A stretch of DNA of 64,000 nucleotides from an uncultured Thermoplasmatales archaeon (GTDB taxonomy: Archaea; Thermoplasmatota; E2; DHVEG-1). A program made the translations under genes and the position numbers. The notes below the pieces were generated by a model. It did not search any database and was not told where the DNA came from. It saw only the letters and a program-made list of their open reading frames with translations. Positions 18,494-29,319 of the stretch are shown one piece after another. The DNA lies in the NCBI GenBank assembly GCA_964638155.1, contig CAZWYI010000006.1, forward strand, positions 5,949 to 69,948, given 5' to 3'. The stretch's first letter is position 1; each line of letters starts with the position of its first letter.

Positions 18494-20002
18494 ATGAAAG
18501 AATCACTAGATTTCATCTACAAACAGCAAAAAGAGCTATCAGTTCTTGGAGGAATTGGAGCTTTAATTGGCTGGGATCAAATGACCTATATGCCAAAGAA
18601 GGCTGCAATTGATAAATCAGAACAATCAGCACTTCTTTCAAAGATTGCACATAACAAAGTTATATCAAACAAATTCTGGAATCATATTGAAAAACTAAAC
18701 AAAGAAACAATATACAAAGATCTGTCAGAGAAAGACAAAAATGTTGTAAAAAGACTATATATAGATGTAGAAAAAGCTAGATGCGTTCCATCTAAGTTTG
18801 TAGAAAAAATGTCAAAGACTACAACTCTAGCCTATCAAGAATGGGAAAAAGCAAGAGAAAAAAATGATTACAAAAGTTTTTCTCCGCATCTTAAAAAAAT
18901 AATAGATTTAGAAAAAGAATACTGTACTTTTTTTGAAATACCTGGTCCAAGATATGATACTCTACTTGATGACTATGAAGAAGGAATGACTGTAGACAAA
19001 TTAAGAAAAGAATTTACTTATCTGAAAAAAGAGCTTATAAAAATACTTGATAAAATAAAGGATTCAAATGTTTACAAAAATCAAAAAGAAATTAATATTA
19101 AAATAAGCCCAGATGATCAAAAAAAACTGTGTAATAAAATAATTAAAAAAATGCTTCTTCCTGAAGATAAAACCCGTCTTGATGAATCAACCCATCCTTT
19201 TACTACAAGCATGGGTGATGACGATGTTAGAATTACTACAAGTTTTAAAAGAAAAGGACCTCTTTTTTCCTTTTTTTCAACAATACATGAGGCAGGACAT
19301 GCCTTATATGAACTAGGAATGCCAAAAGATGGATACAAAGATACTGTTATTTCTGATTCACCATCTCTTGGTCTACATGAATCTCAATCTCGGTTCTGGG
19401 AAAATATGATAGCTAGAAGTACTTTTTTCTGGAGTAATTTCTATCAAGATTTTAAAAAAACAAATCCTAGTTTTTTTAAAAAAATTGATTTTGATTACTG
19501 GTATAGAATGGTAAACTTGGTTAAACCCTCTTTTATTAGAGTAGAAGCAGATGAGTTAACCTATCCATTGCATGTGATACTTCGTTTTGAAATTGAAACA
19601 GATATGATGCAGGATAAAATTAGTGTAAAAGAGTTACCGCAGGTATGGAATGAAAAAATGGATGAAATGCTTGGAATCATTCCAGAGAATGACAATGATG
19701 GAATACTTCAGGATATGCACTGGAGTGGAGGGAATATAGGCTACTTTCCAACATATGCAATAGGTACGATATATTCAGCTCAGATTTACAATCAAATTTG
19801 TAAAGAAAATAAAAACATTGAATCTGAAATAGAAGAAGGTAATTTTAAAAATATTTTAAATTGGCTTAGGGGGAATATTCACAGTAAAGGGAGAAGTATG
19901 ATGGCTGATGATATTGTAAAGGAGTGCTGTGGAGAAGGGCTTAATTCAAAAGTATTTGTAGATTATATTAAAGAAAAATATTATGGAATATATCTTTCAT
20001 AA
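18494..20002 (+). CDS. Carboxypeptidase, peptidase family M32
   Basis: HPF, DVRITT, HEAGH, HESQ, IRVEADE, GYFPTY. Confidence 0.95.
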   Translation: MKESLDFIYKQQKELSVLGGIGALIGWDQMTYMPKKAAIDKSEQSALLSKIAHNKVISNKFWNHIEKLNKETIYKDLSEKDKNVVKRLYIDVEKARCVPSKFVEKMSKTTTLAYQEWEKAREKNDYKSFSPHLKKIIDLEKEYCTFFEIPGPRYDTLLDDYEEGMTVDKLRKEFTYLKKELIKILDKIKDSNVYKNQKEINIKISPDDQKKLCNKIIKKMLLPEDKTRLDESTHPFTTSMGDDDVRITTSFKRKGPLFSFFSTIHEAGHALYELGMPKDGYKDTVISDSPSLGLHESQSRFWENMIARSTFFWSNFYQDFKKTNPSFFKKIDFDYWYRMVNLVKPSFIRVEADELTYPLHVILRFEIETDMMQDKISVKELPQVWNEKMDEMLGIIPENDNDGILQDMHWSGGNIGYFPTYAIGTIYSAQIYNQICKENKNIESEIEEGNFKNILNWLRGNIHSKGRSMMADDIVKECCGEGLNSKVFVDYIKEKYYGIYLS

Positions 20003-20010
20003 TTTTATTT

Positions 20011-20037
20011 CAGGGGTTCAAATCCCTTCCCCTGCAT
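20011..20037 (+). repeat. tRNA-Leu-like 3' fragment (T-arm + acceptor 3' strand), left att-like copy
   Basis: AGGGG-TTCAAAT-CCCTT T-arm then CCCCTGC-A; no 5' tRNA half upstream; 20015-20037 identical to 29320-29342. Confidence 0.8.
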
Positions 20038-20098
20038 TTTTATATGCTTTTTAACAGGAGAAAAATATGATTTTATTCAATTTTATTCCCTTGCACGA

Positions 20099-20112
20099 TT
20101 TCACCGGTGAAA
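20099..20112. repeat. 14-bp perfect palindrome TTTCACCGGTGAAA, left copy
   Basis: Identical copy at 29303-29316; degenerate copies ACAGGAGAAAAA at 20054 and 29284. Confidence 0.8.
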
Positions 20113-20306
20113 ATTAATAAAGAGTAGAAAGTATATTCTCATATCTTTAATATTTTTCTTAAAAAATTACGCAAAATCTTTATATAACAAATTAATAGAG
20201 TTTGGTGAGTCTGCAATATTTTTTTTATATATGTGGATTTAATATTTCGTGAGGAGTAAGGGGTAGGTAAAATCATTAATTTAAGGTTTGAGTGGAGGTA
20301 TTTTTT

Positions 20307-23300
20307 GTGAATAAAAGCGGTGTATGTATTCTTATAGTATTGATGCTAGTGTTTTCTTTTGTTGGTGTGACAAATGCAGATTTTTTATCAGAAAATGATA
20401 TAGATGTCAATGGTTCTGATTCTAATTTTATTAATAAAGATTTTAATAGCATAGATGGTGTCCCTGATGGTCTTTCTGATGATGAATGGTCAGGTATTTT
20501 GGAAAGCATTGAAAATTATGATTATCAGCTTGGTTATGATGATCTTTTAGATTGTTATCATGCTGAGAATAGTGTTCATGGTTTAGATGTAAGGTTTGGT
20601 TCAGATGGTGGTGTTAAGACTGTTTTTTCTGATGAAAATTCTTTTTCGTTGAAACCAGTTGGTTTTGGTTATAGTGGTTTTTTATCGGGTTTGAGTAATG
20701 ATCCAGATGTTGAGGTAGGTTTTAATAGAATAGATTATAGTTACTCTGAAGATTTTATTGGTTGGTATAAAAATTCTGTTGATGGTTTGGAGCATGGTTT
20801 TGATATTCTTGAGCCGATTGAACCTCGTTTGAACTCTGAGATCTGTATTGAGATTTCTTATGATTCTAGTTTTACTGCTGAAAAAGTTGGTGATGGTATT
20901 GTGTTTTCTGATGAAAGTGGTGTTTCTCAGTTAAAATATGATAAACTTAAGGTTGTTGATGCAAAAGGAAGTACTCTTCCGTCTTCAATGAGTTTAGAAG
21001 AAGAAACAAGATCTATTTGTTTATCCTTTGATGACAGTGATGCGGTGTATCCTGTGGTTGTTGATCCATTGGTTACCAGTTTTGTAAAGAAAATTACTGC
21101 ATCTGATGGTGCAGCAGAGGATCGTTTTGGTTATTCCGTTTCTATATCTGGTGATACTATTGTAGTTGGTGCATATTGGGATGATGTTGATGGTAATACT
21201 GATCAGGGTTCGGCGTATGTGTTCACTCGGAATAATCAGACTATGGATGATTGGGGACAGGTAAAAAAACTTACTGTATCAGATGGTGCAGCAGAGGATT
21301 ATTTTGGTGGTTCTGTTTCTATTAGTGGTGATACATTGGTTGTTGGCGCATATAAAGATGATGTTGATGGTAATACTGATCAGGGTTCGGCGTATGTGTT
21401 CACTCGTAATAATCAGACTATGGATGATTGGGGCCGGGTAACGAAATTGACGGCGTCTGATGGTGCATCATCTGATCAATTTGGTGGTTCTGTTTCTATT
21501 AGTGGTGATACATTGGTTGTTGGTGCATCTTTTGATGATGTTGATGGTAATACTGATCAGGGTTCGGCGTATGTTTTTAGTCGTAATAATGGTAGTATGG
21601 ATGGTTGGGGTCAGGTAACGAAATTGACGGCTTCTGATGGTGCAGCATATGATTATTTTGGTTATTCTGTTTCTATTAGTGGCGATACATTGGTTGTTGG
21701 TGCATCTTATGATGATGTTGATGGTATTGCGGATCAGGGTTCGGCGTATGTTTTTAGTCGTAATAATGGAGGTATGGATGGTTGGGGTCAGGTAACAAAA
21801 TTGACGGCGTCTGATGGCGCAGAAGATGATTATTTTGGTTGGAGTGTTTCTATCAGTGGTGATACATTGGTTGTTGGCGCATATGGTGATGATGATGTTG
21901 ATGGTAATAATTTTCAGGGTTCGGCGTATGTGTTTACTCGTAATAATCAGACTATGGATGATTGGGGTCAGGTAACAAAGTTGACTGCTTCTGATGGTGC
22001 AGAAGATGATTGGTTTGGTACTTCTGTTTCTATCAGTGGTGATACGATCGTGGTTGGTGCAGATAAAGGTGATGGTGGTAATAGAAATCAGGGTTCGGCG
22101 TATGTGTTTACTCGTAATAATCAGACTATGGATGACTGGGGTCAGGTAACGAAATTGACGGCTTCTGATGGTGCAACACATGATTATTTTGGTTATTCTG
22201 TTTCTATTAGTGGCGATACATTGGTTGTTGGTGCATTTGGTGACGAATCTTTCTCTGGTTCTGCATATACTTACGTTATGGAAGGTGATGCTTGGACACA
22301 GATTGCTAAACCAGTTGCTTCTGATGGCGAAGAAGATGATTATTTTGGTTATTCTGTTTCAATTAGTGGCGATACGATTGTGGTTGGTGCAAGGGATGAT
22401 GATGGCTGTAAGGGTTCTGCGTATGTGTATACTCGTAATAATCTAACCGCAGACGACTGGGGTCAGGTGGTGAAGCTTACTGCTTCTGATGGTGAAGCAG
22501 GTGATGAGTTTGGTTGTTCTCTTTCTATATCTGGTGATACGATTGTGGTTGGTGCACATTGGGATGATAATCCTGATAGATCTGGTTCTGCGTATGTATA
22601 TACGCGGAATAATGAAACTGCTGATGACTGGGGTGAGGTAACAAAACTTACTGCATCAGATGGTGAAGCAAGTGATTATTTTGGTTATTCTGTTTCAATT
22701 AGTGGCGATACGATTGTTGTCGGTGCATATGGTGATGATGATGGTGGTGATTATCAGGGTTCTGCGTATGTATTCGTTCGTAATAATCAGACTGCAGATG
22801 ACTGGGGGCAGGCAGCAAAACTGAATGCTTCTGATGGCGAAGAAGATGATTATTTTGGTCGTTCTGTTTCAATTAGTGGTGATACGATTGTGGTTGGATC
22901 AGATGGTGATGATGATAATGGTGGTGAGTCTGGTTCTGCGTATGTATATACGCGGAATAATGAAACCGCTGATGACTGGGGTGAGGTAACAAAACTTACT
23001 GCATCAGATGGTGCAGCAGATGATGAGTTTGGTCATTCTGTTTCTATATCTGGTGATACGATTGTGGTTGGTGCATATTATGATGATGATAATGGTCTTA
23101 GTTCTGGTTCTGCGTATGTGTTCACGCGGAATAATCAAACCGCAGATGACTGGGGTGAGGTAACAAAATTAACTGCATCTGATGGTGCGGAATTTGATAA
23201 TTTTGGTTGTAGTGTTTCAATATCTGGTGATACGATTGTTGTCGGCGCCAATTATGATGATGATAATGGTGATAATTCTGGTTCTGCATATGTTTTTACT

Positions 23301-26300
23301 CGTAATCAAGGGGGTGCTGATAGTTGGGGTCAGGTAAATAAGTTGACTGCGTCTGATGGAGAAGCACAGGATGTTTTTGGTTGGTCTGTTTCTATTAGTG
23401 GTGATACTATTGTTGTTGGAGCAAGAGATGGTGATGGTGAAGGAACTAATTCTGGTGCTGCGTATGTTTATTATGAATATTCAATTCCCCCCCCACTTGA
23501 CCCACCAACAAGTTTTAAGGCAAACTCAGTAAATTCCACAAAAATAGATTTATCCTGGACTAAAGCATCAACAGCTTCACATACACATATACAACGAAAC
23601 ACAGGTAGCTATCCAACCAGTATCACTGATGGAACCACAGTATACAATGGAACCGCTTCAACCTACTCAGATACTAGTTTAACAGAAGGAACAACATATT
23701 ATTACCGTGCTTGGAGTTATAATGCAACTGATAACGAATATAGCAGCAGCTATGTCTCAGCAACAAGCACAGCAAATAATATTCCAATGATATCAGGCGA
23801 ATCTCCAAGTAATGAAAGTACGAATATAGATCCTCTTACAATATCTTCAATATCAATAAATGACTCTGATAGCGATACCATGAACATCACCTGGTACAGC
23901 AACACCAGCGGATCATGGACTGTTTTTGGAACAAACAACAGTGTTTCAAATGGTACATATCATCAGACCAACAACAATTTCAGTTCATATAATGAAACAT
24001 ATTACTGGAATGTAACGGTAACTGATGGTAAAGATACTAACTCCAGTAACATTTTTTATTTTTCCACAAAAATAGGATCGCCCACGGTAACAACAAACAG
24101 TTCAACAGGGATAGAAGAAACCAATGTTACCCTACAAGGATATCTTTCATCAAATGGTGGAGAAGCATGTACGGTCCGATTTGAATATGGTACTACTAGT
24201 GATTATGGGACTAATACCAGTAATCAGACAAAAAACAGTGGACAAGAATATTCAGAGGAAATAACTGGGTTGACTGAAGGTCAACTTTATCATTATCGGG
24301 CATATGCAAACAATACCGCAGGGAGTAATACTGGTAGTGATATGACCCTGCTGACTAAACCAGAAGTGCCAACAAACCTACAAGCCCAAACAAACAGTAG
24401 CTCTCTGATTTATCTTACTTGGACAACGGCAGATGGGGCGAATAATACCTATATTGAACGAAATACAGCAGCAGACTGGGCACGAAGCACGGGTTCAGAA
24501 GTGTATAATGGTAGTTTATCCTCTTATGAAAACACAGGGCTTACTGATGGTACAACCTACTATTACCAGGCATGGTCATATACCAATTGGAGTGATCTGC
24601 ATCAATATTCAGATGATAATGATAGTGCATTTAATACAACAAAACATGTACCAACTCTGACGGGTGAATCACCCAGTAACCAAACAACAAATGTAAACCC
24701 ATTACCCACCTGTTCAATCACCGTTAATGACCTTGATGGTGATAATATGGATCTTACCTGGTATAGTAATTCATCAGGGCCATGGGTGGTATTTGGGTCT
24801 AACACCAGTGTTAGTAATGGTACATATTATCAGACGAATAGTAATTTCAGCAGTTATAATACCACTTATTATTGGAATGTAACCGTGAATGATAGCAATG
24901 ATACTAACAATAGTGATATTTTCTGGTTTACCATAAGAAAGCATTATCTGCCGGATCCACCAAATAGTTTTACTGCCACTGTTAACAGTTCAACTGAATT
25001 GTATCTTTCTTGGTCAAAAGGAACGAATACATCATTTACGAGAATACAGCGAAAAACCAGTGGTTATCCAAACAGCATAAGTGATGGAACAAATATCTAT
25101 AATGATACTGGTTCGTCATATTCTGATACTGGTCGTTCTGAAGGAACCACTTATTATTATCGTGCTTGGAGCTATAATGTCACAGATGGTTTATGGTCAA
25201 CCAATAACGCTAGTGCTGCAAATACAACCAACTCTATACCAGTTATAACGAATGAAGGACCAAGTAATGAGAGCACAAATATTGATCCCATACCGCAGAT
25301 GAACATCACCATAAATGATATTGATGGTGATAGTATGAATCTTACTTGGTATAGTAATTCTTCAGGGTCATGGGTTATCTTTGGAACAAATAATAGTGTG
25401 GGTAATGGTACGTATCATCAGACTAATAGTAATTTCAGTAGTTATAATACCACATATTACTGGAATATCACAGTAACAGATGAAAAAGATACAAACACAA
25501 GCTCTGTTTTCTGTTTTACAATTAGAAATCAGTATATTCCTGATCCTGCGGATACTTTTACCGCGACAACAATAAACAGTACAAAAATTAATCTAGAATG
25601 GGACAAAGGATCCAATGCAGATTATACAAGAATTCAACGAAAAACCAATGTTTATCCCACAGGTATAAGTGATGGCACCAATATCTACAACGACACCAGC
25701 ACCTCATATAACGACACTGGCCTTACACAAGGAACCACTTATCACTATCGAGCATGGAGCTATAATAATACTGATAACTCATGGTCAGAAACTAATATTT
25801 CAGTTTATAATACCACAAATTATCTACCAATCATAACTGCAGAATCACCAGATGATGAAAGTACAAATATTAACATTCTACCTACTCTTGCTATAACCGT
25901 AAATGATTTTGAAGAAGACACCATGAATGTTACATGGCGGTGGAACAATAGTGGTACATGGAATATTTTTGGAACAAACAATAGTATCGGCAACGGAACG
26001 TATTATCAAACTAATAGTAATTTCAGTAGTTATAATATCACATATTACTGGAATGTAACTGTGAGTGATAGTACGAATACGAACATTAGCTCTGTTTATC
26101 AGTTCACCATTAAAAACAATGATGTCATCCGGGTTGATCCAAATAAACCAGATGATTGGTATGATGATCTTCATGTGAGAAATATCACTGAAGCAATAAA
26201 CAATGTAACTGAAAATGGAACATTGTATGTTTGGGAAGGAACGTACAATGAAACACTGACCATTAATAAATCAATAAACATCGTTGGCAATGGAACCGGT

Positions 26301-29225
26301 AGTACGATTATTGATGGTGGGGAGAATGGTAGTGTTATCACGGTTAATGCAGATAATGTAAGTATCTCAGGGTTCACTATTCAAAATAGTTCTAATTCAA
26401 GTGGAAGTGCAGGGATACAGATCAATGGGAATCATACCACGGTTTCAAATACAACTATTTCAGATTCCTGGAATGGGATCATCTGCGGGAATCGTAGTTT
26501 TCCAACCACTAATAACACTTTTGAAAACAATACGTTTACCAATAACAGTGATGGTGCAGGAATCCTGGTAACGAATACATCAGATGGAACCAGTATTAGA
26601 AACAATACCTTCCAACATAATTATGATGGTGTTAAAGTAACATCAGATAACATTACAATTGATAATAACACTATCCAGAATTCAACTAATAACGGAATAA
26701 ACCTTGAAGATAGTAATGATTCTACAATCACCAATAATATCTGTAACCAAAACCAGTATGGTATTGTTCTCAATAATACCAATGTTATAACTATTCATAC
26801 AAACAATGTTTCAGATAATACAAAGGCTGGATTATTTTTTACAGATACATATAATACGACAACATATAATAATTATTTAGATAACATTAATCAGACATTG
26901 TTTTCTGGTTTAAATATCGATACTGTTTGGAATACAACAAAAACAAGTGGTACAAACATTATTGGTGGAAACTATCTTGGCGGTAATTACTGGAGTGACT
27001 ATAATGGGTACGATACCGATGGCGATGGACTTGGAAATCTAAACTATACTATTAACCAAACACATAATTTCTATGATATATTAGCATTAACAGTTGCAAA
27101 TATGGAGTCTGTACCAGGGGGTATAAACCCTGCAAATGGAAGTAGTAACCAGAATCCACATAGTTTAAACTGGACAATAGCAATTAGTGATTCAGATGGA
27201 GATCTATTTGACTGGACAATAGAATGTGCAGGTCAGAGTAATACTGGTTCAAACGAAGAAAATGGTACAAAAAATATAGTTCTAACATCACTGTCATATA
27301 ACACAACATACAAAGTATATGTTAATGTGTCAGATGGAACATGTTGGGTGAATGAAAGCTATAATTTTTCAACAAGAACTCAGTATCTGCCAACCCTGCC
27401 AACTAGTTTTACTGCAACAACAATAAACCCTGTAAATATCACTTTAACATGGTCTAAAGGAACAAATACGGATTACACCCGGATACAAAGGAAAACAACA
27501 GAGTATCCTGAAACCATTTCAGATGGAACAAATGTGGCAAACACTACAGGTACAACACATTCAGATACAGTATCTGAAGGAGATACCTACTACTACCGTG
27601 CATGGAGCTATAATATTACTGATAACGTATGGTCGACAAACAACGCTAGTGATTACAATATCACAACATATTACGCAGATATTCCTAGTAAAACTCCTGT
27701 AAATGATTCTACGGGTGTTTCATTATTGCCTGTTTTGCAGGTTTCTGCAAACGACTCTGATGGTGATACTATGAATATAACATGGTATAGCAATAGCAGT
27801 GGCACTTGGCAGGTTTTTGGAACAAACAATAGCGTTTCAAATGGAACATATAGTATGAGTAACAGTAACTTTAGCCAGTATTCAACAAAATATTTCTGGA
27901 AAGTAACAATTTTTGATGGAACTTATTGGGTAAATAATACTTATTGTTTTACAACTATTGCAAACAATCTACCTATTCAATCAAATCATACTATTGTAAA
28001 CAGCAGTATAAGTTACAATCTATCTTTGAATACTACCATTTCGGCACTATATCCATCTTATCTATCAATTGATTTTTCAGATGAAGAAAATCATTCAATG
28101 GCAATCAACATCATTACAAATGCATCTGGCACTTGGCAGGTTGTTAATTCAAGTTCAGGGCTGTCTAATGGCACGTATAAAGCATATAATTTCTCATGGA
28201 TCAATCAATCTAGCACAACATATTATTTGTGGGTCAATCTTTCTGATGGACATGATTGGAATAACAAATCATACACAATAACGACACTTGGCGAATATGT
28301 ACCATTTAAACCAATTAGTTTTACTGCAACTGCGGCAAGTTCAAGTAAAATCAATTTAGCTTGGACAAAAGGAAACAAAGCTAATAAAACCTATATTAGA
28401 TACAAGGAGGGATCAACTGCACCAGTTAATCGTTCTGATGGAACACTACTTTATAATGGAACAGATACATCTACTAGTGCAACATCCCTTTCATCAAGTA
28501 CTACATATAGTTTTAAAGCCTGGAGTTACAATGACTCTGGAAACTGTTTTAGCATATTCAACTCGACTTGCAGTGCTACATCAAATTCAGCAAGTACTGG
28601 TGGTACTACTTCACCTGGTACTGGAACTACAGCTCCATCAGATGATCCTGAGGATTCAGATGGTGATGGTATTCCTGATGAGGAGGATGAATTCCCTGAT
28701 GATCCCAGTGAATCAAAGGATTCAGATGGTGATGGAATAGGTGATAACTCTGATAACAGCCCAGAGGTTCCTAATCCTGATCAGACTGATAATGATAATG
28801 ATGGTGTAGGTGATGCAAGTGATACGGATGATGATAACGATGGTGTTTCTGATGATATGGAAGAAGAAATAGGTAGTGATCCTAAAACAGATGGTGATGT
28901 TGAAGATATTGATCCTTTTATTTCAGATAGTTATGTTGCTGATACCAATGGTGATGGCAGATATGATAAGTTCTATAATTCTAGTTCTGGTGTTAAAACA
29001 GATGTTATGTATGTGGAATCAGAAGGTTATTATATAGATAGTGATGGCGATGGATCCTGGGATTATGTTTATAATCCAACAGATGGAAGTCTTACTCCTG
29101 CTGAAGAAGAAACAACAGATGGGGGTAACTTATGGTTTATAATTGGTGGTGCTCTTGTCGGTGTTTTAGTATTGCTATTTATTATTATTTTTGTCTTTAA
29201 AAGACGTAAAAAAGACAAAAAATAA
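20307..29225 (+). CDS. Giant cell-surface protein (~2970 aa): 14 FG-GAP repeats, FN3/Ig arrays, right-handed beta-helix, TSP3-like Ca-binding repeats, C-terminal TM anchor
   Basis: Signal peptide; FGxSVSISGDTxVVGA x14; YYYRAWSYN FN3 units; NosD-like GGNYWSDY; DSDGDG repeats; hydrophobic tail plus KRRKKDKK; SD GGAGGT before GTG 20307. Confidence 0.9.
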   Translation: MNKSGVCILIVLMLVFSFVGVTNADFLSENDIDVNGSDSNFINKDFNSIDGVPDGLSDDEWSGILESIENYDYQLGYDDLLDCYHAENSVHGLDVRFGSDGGVKTVFSDENSFSLKPVGFGYSGFLSGLSNDPDVEVGFNRIDYSYSEDFIGWYKNSVDGLEHGFDILEPIEPRLNSEICIEISYDSSFTAEKVGDGIVFSDESGVSQLKYDKLKVVDAKGSTLPSSMSLEEETRSICLSFDDSDAVYPVVVDPLVTSFVKKITASDGAAEDRFGYSVSISGDTIVVGAYWDDVDGNTDQGSAYVFTRNNQTMDDWGQVKKLTVSDGAAEDYFGGSVSISGDTLVVGAYKDDVDGNTDQGSAYVFTRNNQTMDDWGRVTKLTASDGASSDQFGGSVSISGDTLVVGASFDDVDGNTDQGSAYVFSRNNGSMDGWGQVTKLTASDGAAYDYFGYSVSISGDTLVVGASYDDVDGIADQGSAYVFSRNNGGMDGWGQVTKLTASDGAEDDYFGWSVSISGDTLVVGAYGDDDVDGNNFQGSAYVFTRNNQTMDDWGQVTKLTASDGAEDDWFGTSVSISGDTIVVGADKGDGGNRNQGSAYVFTRNNQTMDDWGQVTKLTASDGATHDYFGYSVSISGDTLVVGAFGDESFSGSAYTYVMEGDAWTQIAKPVASDGEEDDYFGYSVSISGDTIVVGARDDDGCKGSAYVYTRNNLTADDWGQVVKLTASDGEAGDEFGCSLSISGDTIVVGAHWDDNPDRSGSAYVYTRNNETADDWGEVTKLTASDGEASDYFGYSVSISGDTIVVGAYGDDDGGDYQGSAYVFVRNNQTADDWGQAAKLNASDGEEDDYFGRSVSISGDTIVVGSDGDDDNGGESGSAYVYTRNNETADDWGEVTKLTASDGAADDEFGHSVSISGDTIVVGAYYDDDNGLSSGSAYVFTRNNQTADDWGEVTKLTASDGAEFDNFGCSVSISGDTIVVGANYDDDNGDNSGSAYVFTRNQGGADSWGQVNKLTASDGEAQDVFGWSVSISGDTIVVGARDGDGEGTNSGAAYVYYEYSIPPPLDPPTSFKANSVNSTKIDLSWTKASTASHTHIQRNTGSYPTSITDGTTVYNGTASTYSDTSLTEGTTYYYRAWSYNATDNEYSSSYVSATSTANNIPMISGESPSNESTNIDPLTISSISINDSDSDTMNITWYSNTSGSWTVFGTNNSVSNGTYHQTNNNFSSYNETYYWNVTVTDGKDTNSSNIFYFSTKIGSPTVTTNSSTGIEETNVTLQGYLSSNGGEACTVRFEYGTTSDYGTNTSNQTKNSGQEYSEEITGLTEGQLYHYRAYANNTAGSNTGSDMTLLTKPEVPTNLQAQTNSSSLIYLTWTTADGANNTYIERNTAADWARSTGSEVYNGSLSSYENTGLTDGTTYYYQAWSYTNWSDLHQYSDDNDSAFNTTKHVPTLTGESPSNQTTNVNPLPTCSITVNDLDGDNMDLTWYSNSSGPWVVFGSNTSVSNGTYYQTNSNFSSYNTTYYWNVTVNDSNDTNNSDIFWFTIRKHYLPDPPNSFTATVNSSTELYLSWSKGTNTSFTRIQRKTSGYPNSISDGTNIYNDTGSSYSDTGRSEGTTYYYRAWSYNVTDGLWSTNNASAANTTNSIPVITNEGPSNESTNIDPIPQMNITINDIDGDSMNLTWYSNSSGSWVIFGTNNSVGNGTYHQTNSNFSSYNTTYYWNITVTDEKDTNTSSVFCFTIRNQYIPDPADTFTATTINSTKINLEWDKGSNADYTRIQRKTNVYPTGISDGTNIYNDTSTSYNDTGLTQGTTYHYRAWSYNNTDNSWSETNISVYNTTNYLPIITAESPDDESTNINILPTLAITVNDFEEDTMNVTWRWNNSGTWNIFGTNNSIGNGTYYQTNSNFSSYNITYYWNVTVSDSTNTNISSVYQFTIKNNDVIRVDPNKPDDWYDDLHVRNITEAINNVTENGTLYVWEGTYNETLTINKSINIVGNGTGSTIIDGGENGSVITVNADNVSISGFTIQNSSNSSGSAGIQINGNHTTVSNTTISDSWNGIICGNRSFPTTNNTFENNTFTNNSDGAGILVTNTSDGTSIRNNTFQHNYDGVKVTSDNITIDNNTIQNSTNNGINLEDSNDSTITNNICNQNQYGIVLNNTNVITIHTNNVSDNTKAGLFFTDTYNTTTYNNYLDNINQTLFSGLNIDTVWNTTKTSGTNIIGGNYLGGNYWSDYNGYDTDGDGLGNLNYTINQTHNFYDILALTVANMESVPGGINPANGSSNQNPHSLNWTIAISDSDGDLFDWTIECAGQSNTGSNEENGTKNIVLTSLSYNTTYKVYVNVSDGTCWVNESYNFSTRTQYLPTLPTSFTATTINPVNITLTWSKGTNTDYTRIQRKTTEYPETISDGTNVANTTGTTHSDTVSEGDTYYYRAWSYNITDNVWSTNNASDYNITTYYADIPSKTPVNDSTGVSLLPVLQVSANDSDGDTMNITWYSNSSGTWQVFGTNNSVSNGTYSMSNSNFSQYSTKYFWKVTIFDGTYWVNNTYCFTTIANNLPIQSNHTIVNSSISYNLSLNTTISALYPSYLSIDFSDEENHSMAINIITNASGTWQVVNSSSGLSNGTYKAYNFSWINQSSTTYYLWVNLSDGHDWNNKSYTITTLGEYVPFKPISFTATAASSSKINLAWTKGNKANKTYIRYKEGSTAPVNRSDGTLLYNGTDTSTSATSLSSSTTYSFKAWSYNDSGNCFSIFNSTCSATSNSASTGGTTSPGTGTTAPSDDPEDSDGDGIPDEEDEFPDDPSESKDSDGDGIGDNSDNSPEVPNPDQTDNDNDGVGDASDTDDDNDGVSDDMEEEIGSDPKTDGDVEDIDPFISDSYVADTNGDGRYDKFYNSSSGVKTDVMYVESEGYYIDSDGDGSWDYVYNPTDGSLTPAEEETTDGGNLWFIIGGALVGVLVLLFIIIFVFKRRKKDKK
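21095..23470 (+). repeat. Fourteen intragenic ~177-bp FG-GAP tandem repeats in two blocks of seven
   Basis: Near-identical DNA units (CAGGGTTCGGCGTATG in block 1, GGTTCTGCGTATG in block 2); boundaries approximate. Confidence 0.88.
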
Positions 29226-29231
29226 AATACA

Positions 29232-29249
29232 TTTTTTTTTCTTTTTTTT
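29232..29249 (+). terminator. Oligo-T archaeal terminator candidate
   Basis: T9-C-T8 immediately after the stop codon of the giant gene. Confidence 0.55.
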
Positions 29250-29302
29250 ATATTTTTAGATTTAAATGATTAAAAATGTTTTTACAGGAGAAAAAAGTAT
29301 TT

Positions 29303-29316
29303 TTTCACCGGTGAAA
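29303..29316. repeat. 14-bp perfect palindrome TTTCACCGGTGAAA, right copy
   Basis: 3 nt from the right tRNA-fragment repeat. Confidence 0.8.
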
Positions 29317-29319
29317 CTA

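Noticed and set aside
20011..20037. Complete tRNA gene at either tRNA-like sequence
   Set aside because: Only the T-arm and acceptor 3' strand are present; upstream is the M32 stop region or the palindrome, with no D or anticodon arm
21095..23470. CRISPR array or DGR template/variable repeats
   Set aside because: Units are ~177-bp in-frame protein repeats without unique spacers; no cas or reverse transcriptase genes and no evident adenine-specific variation
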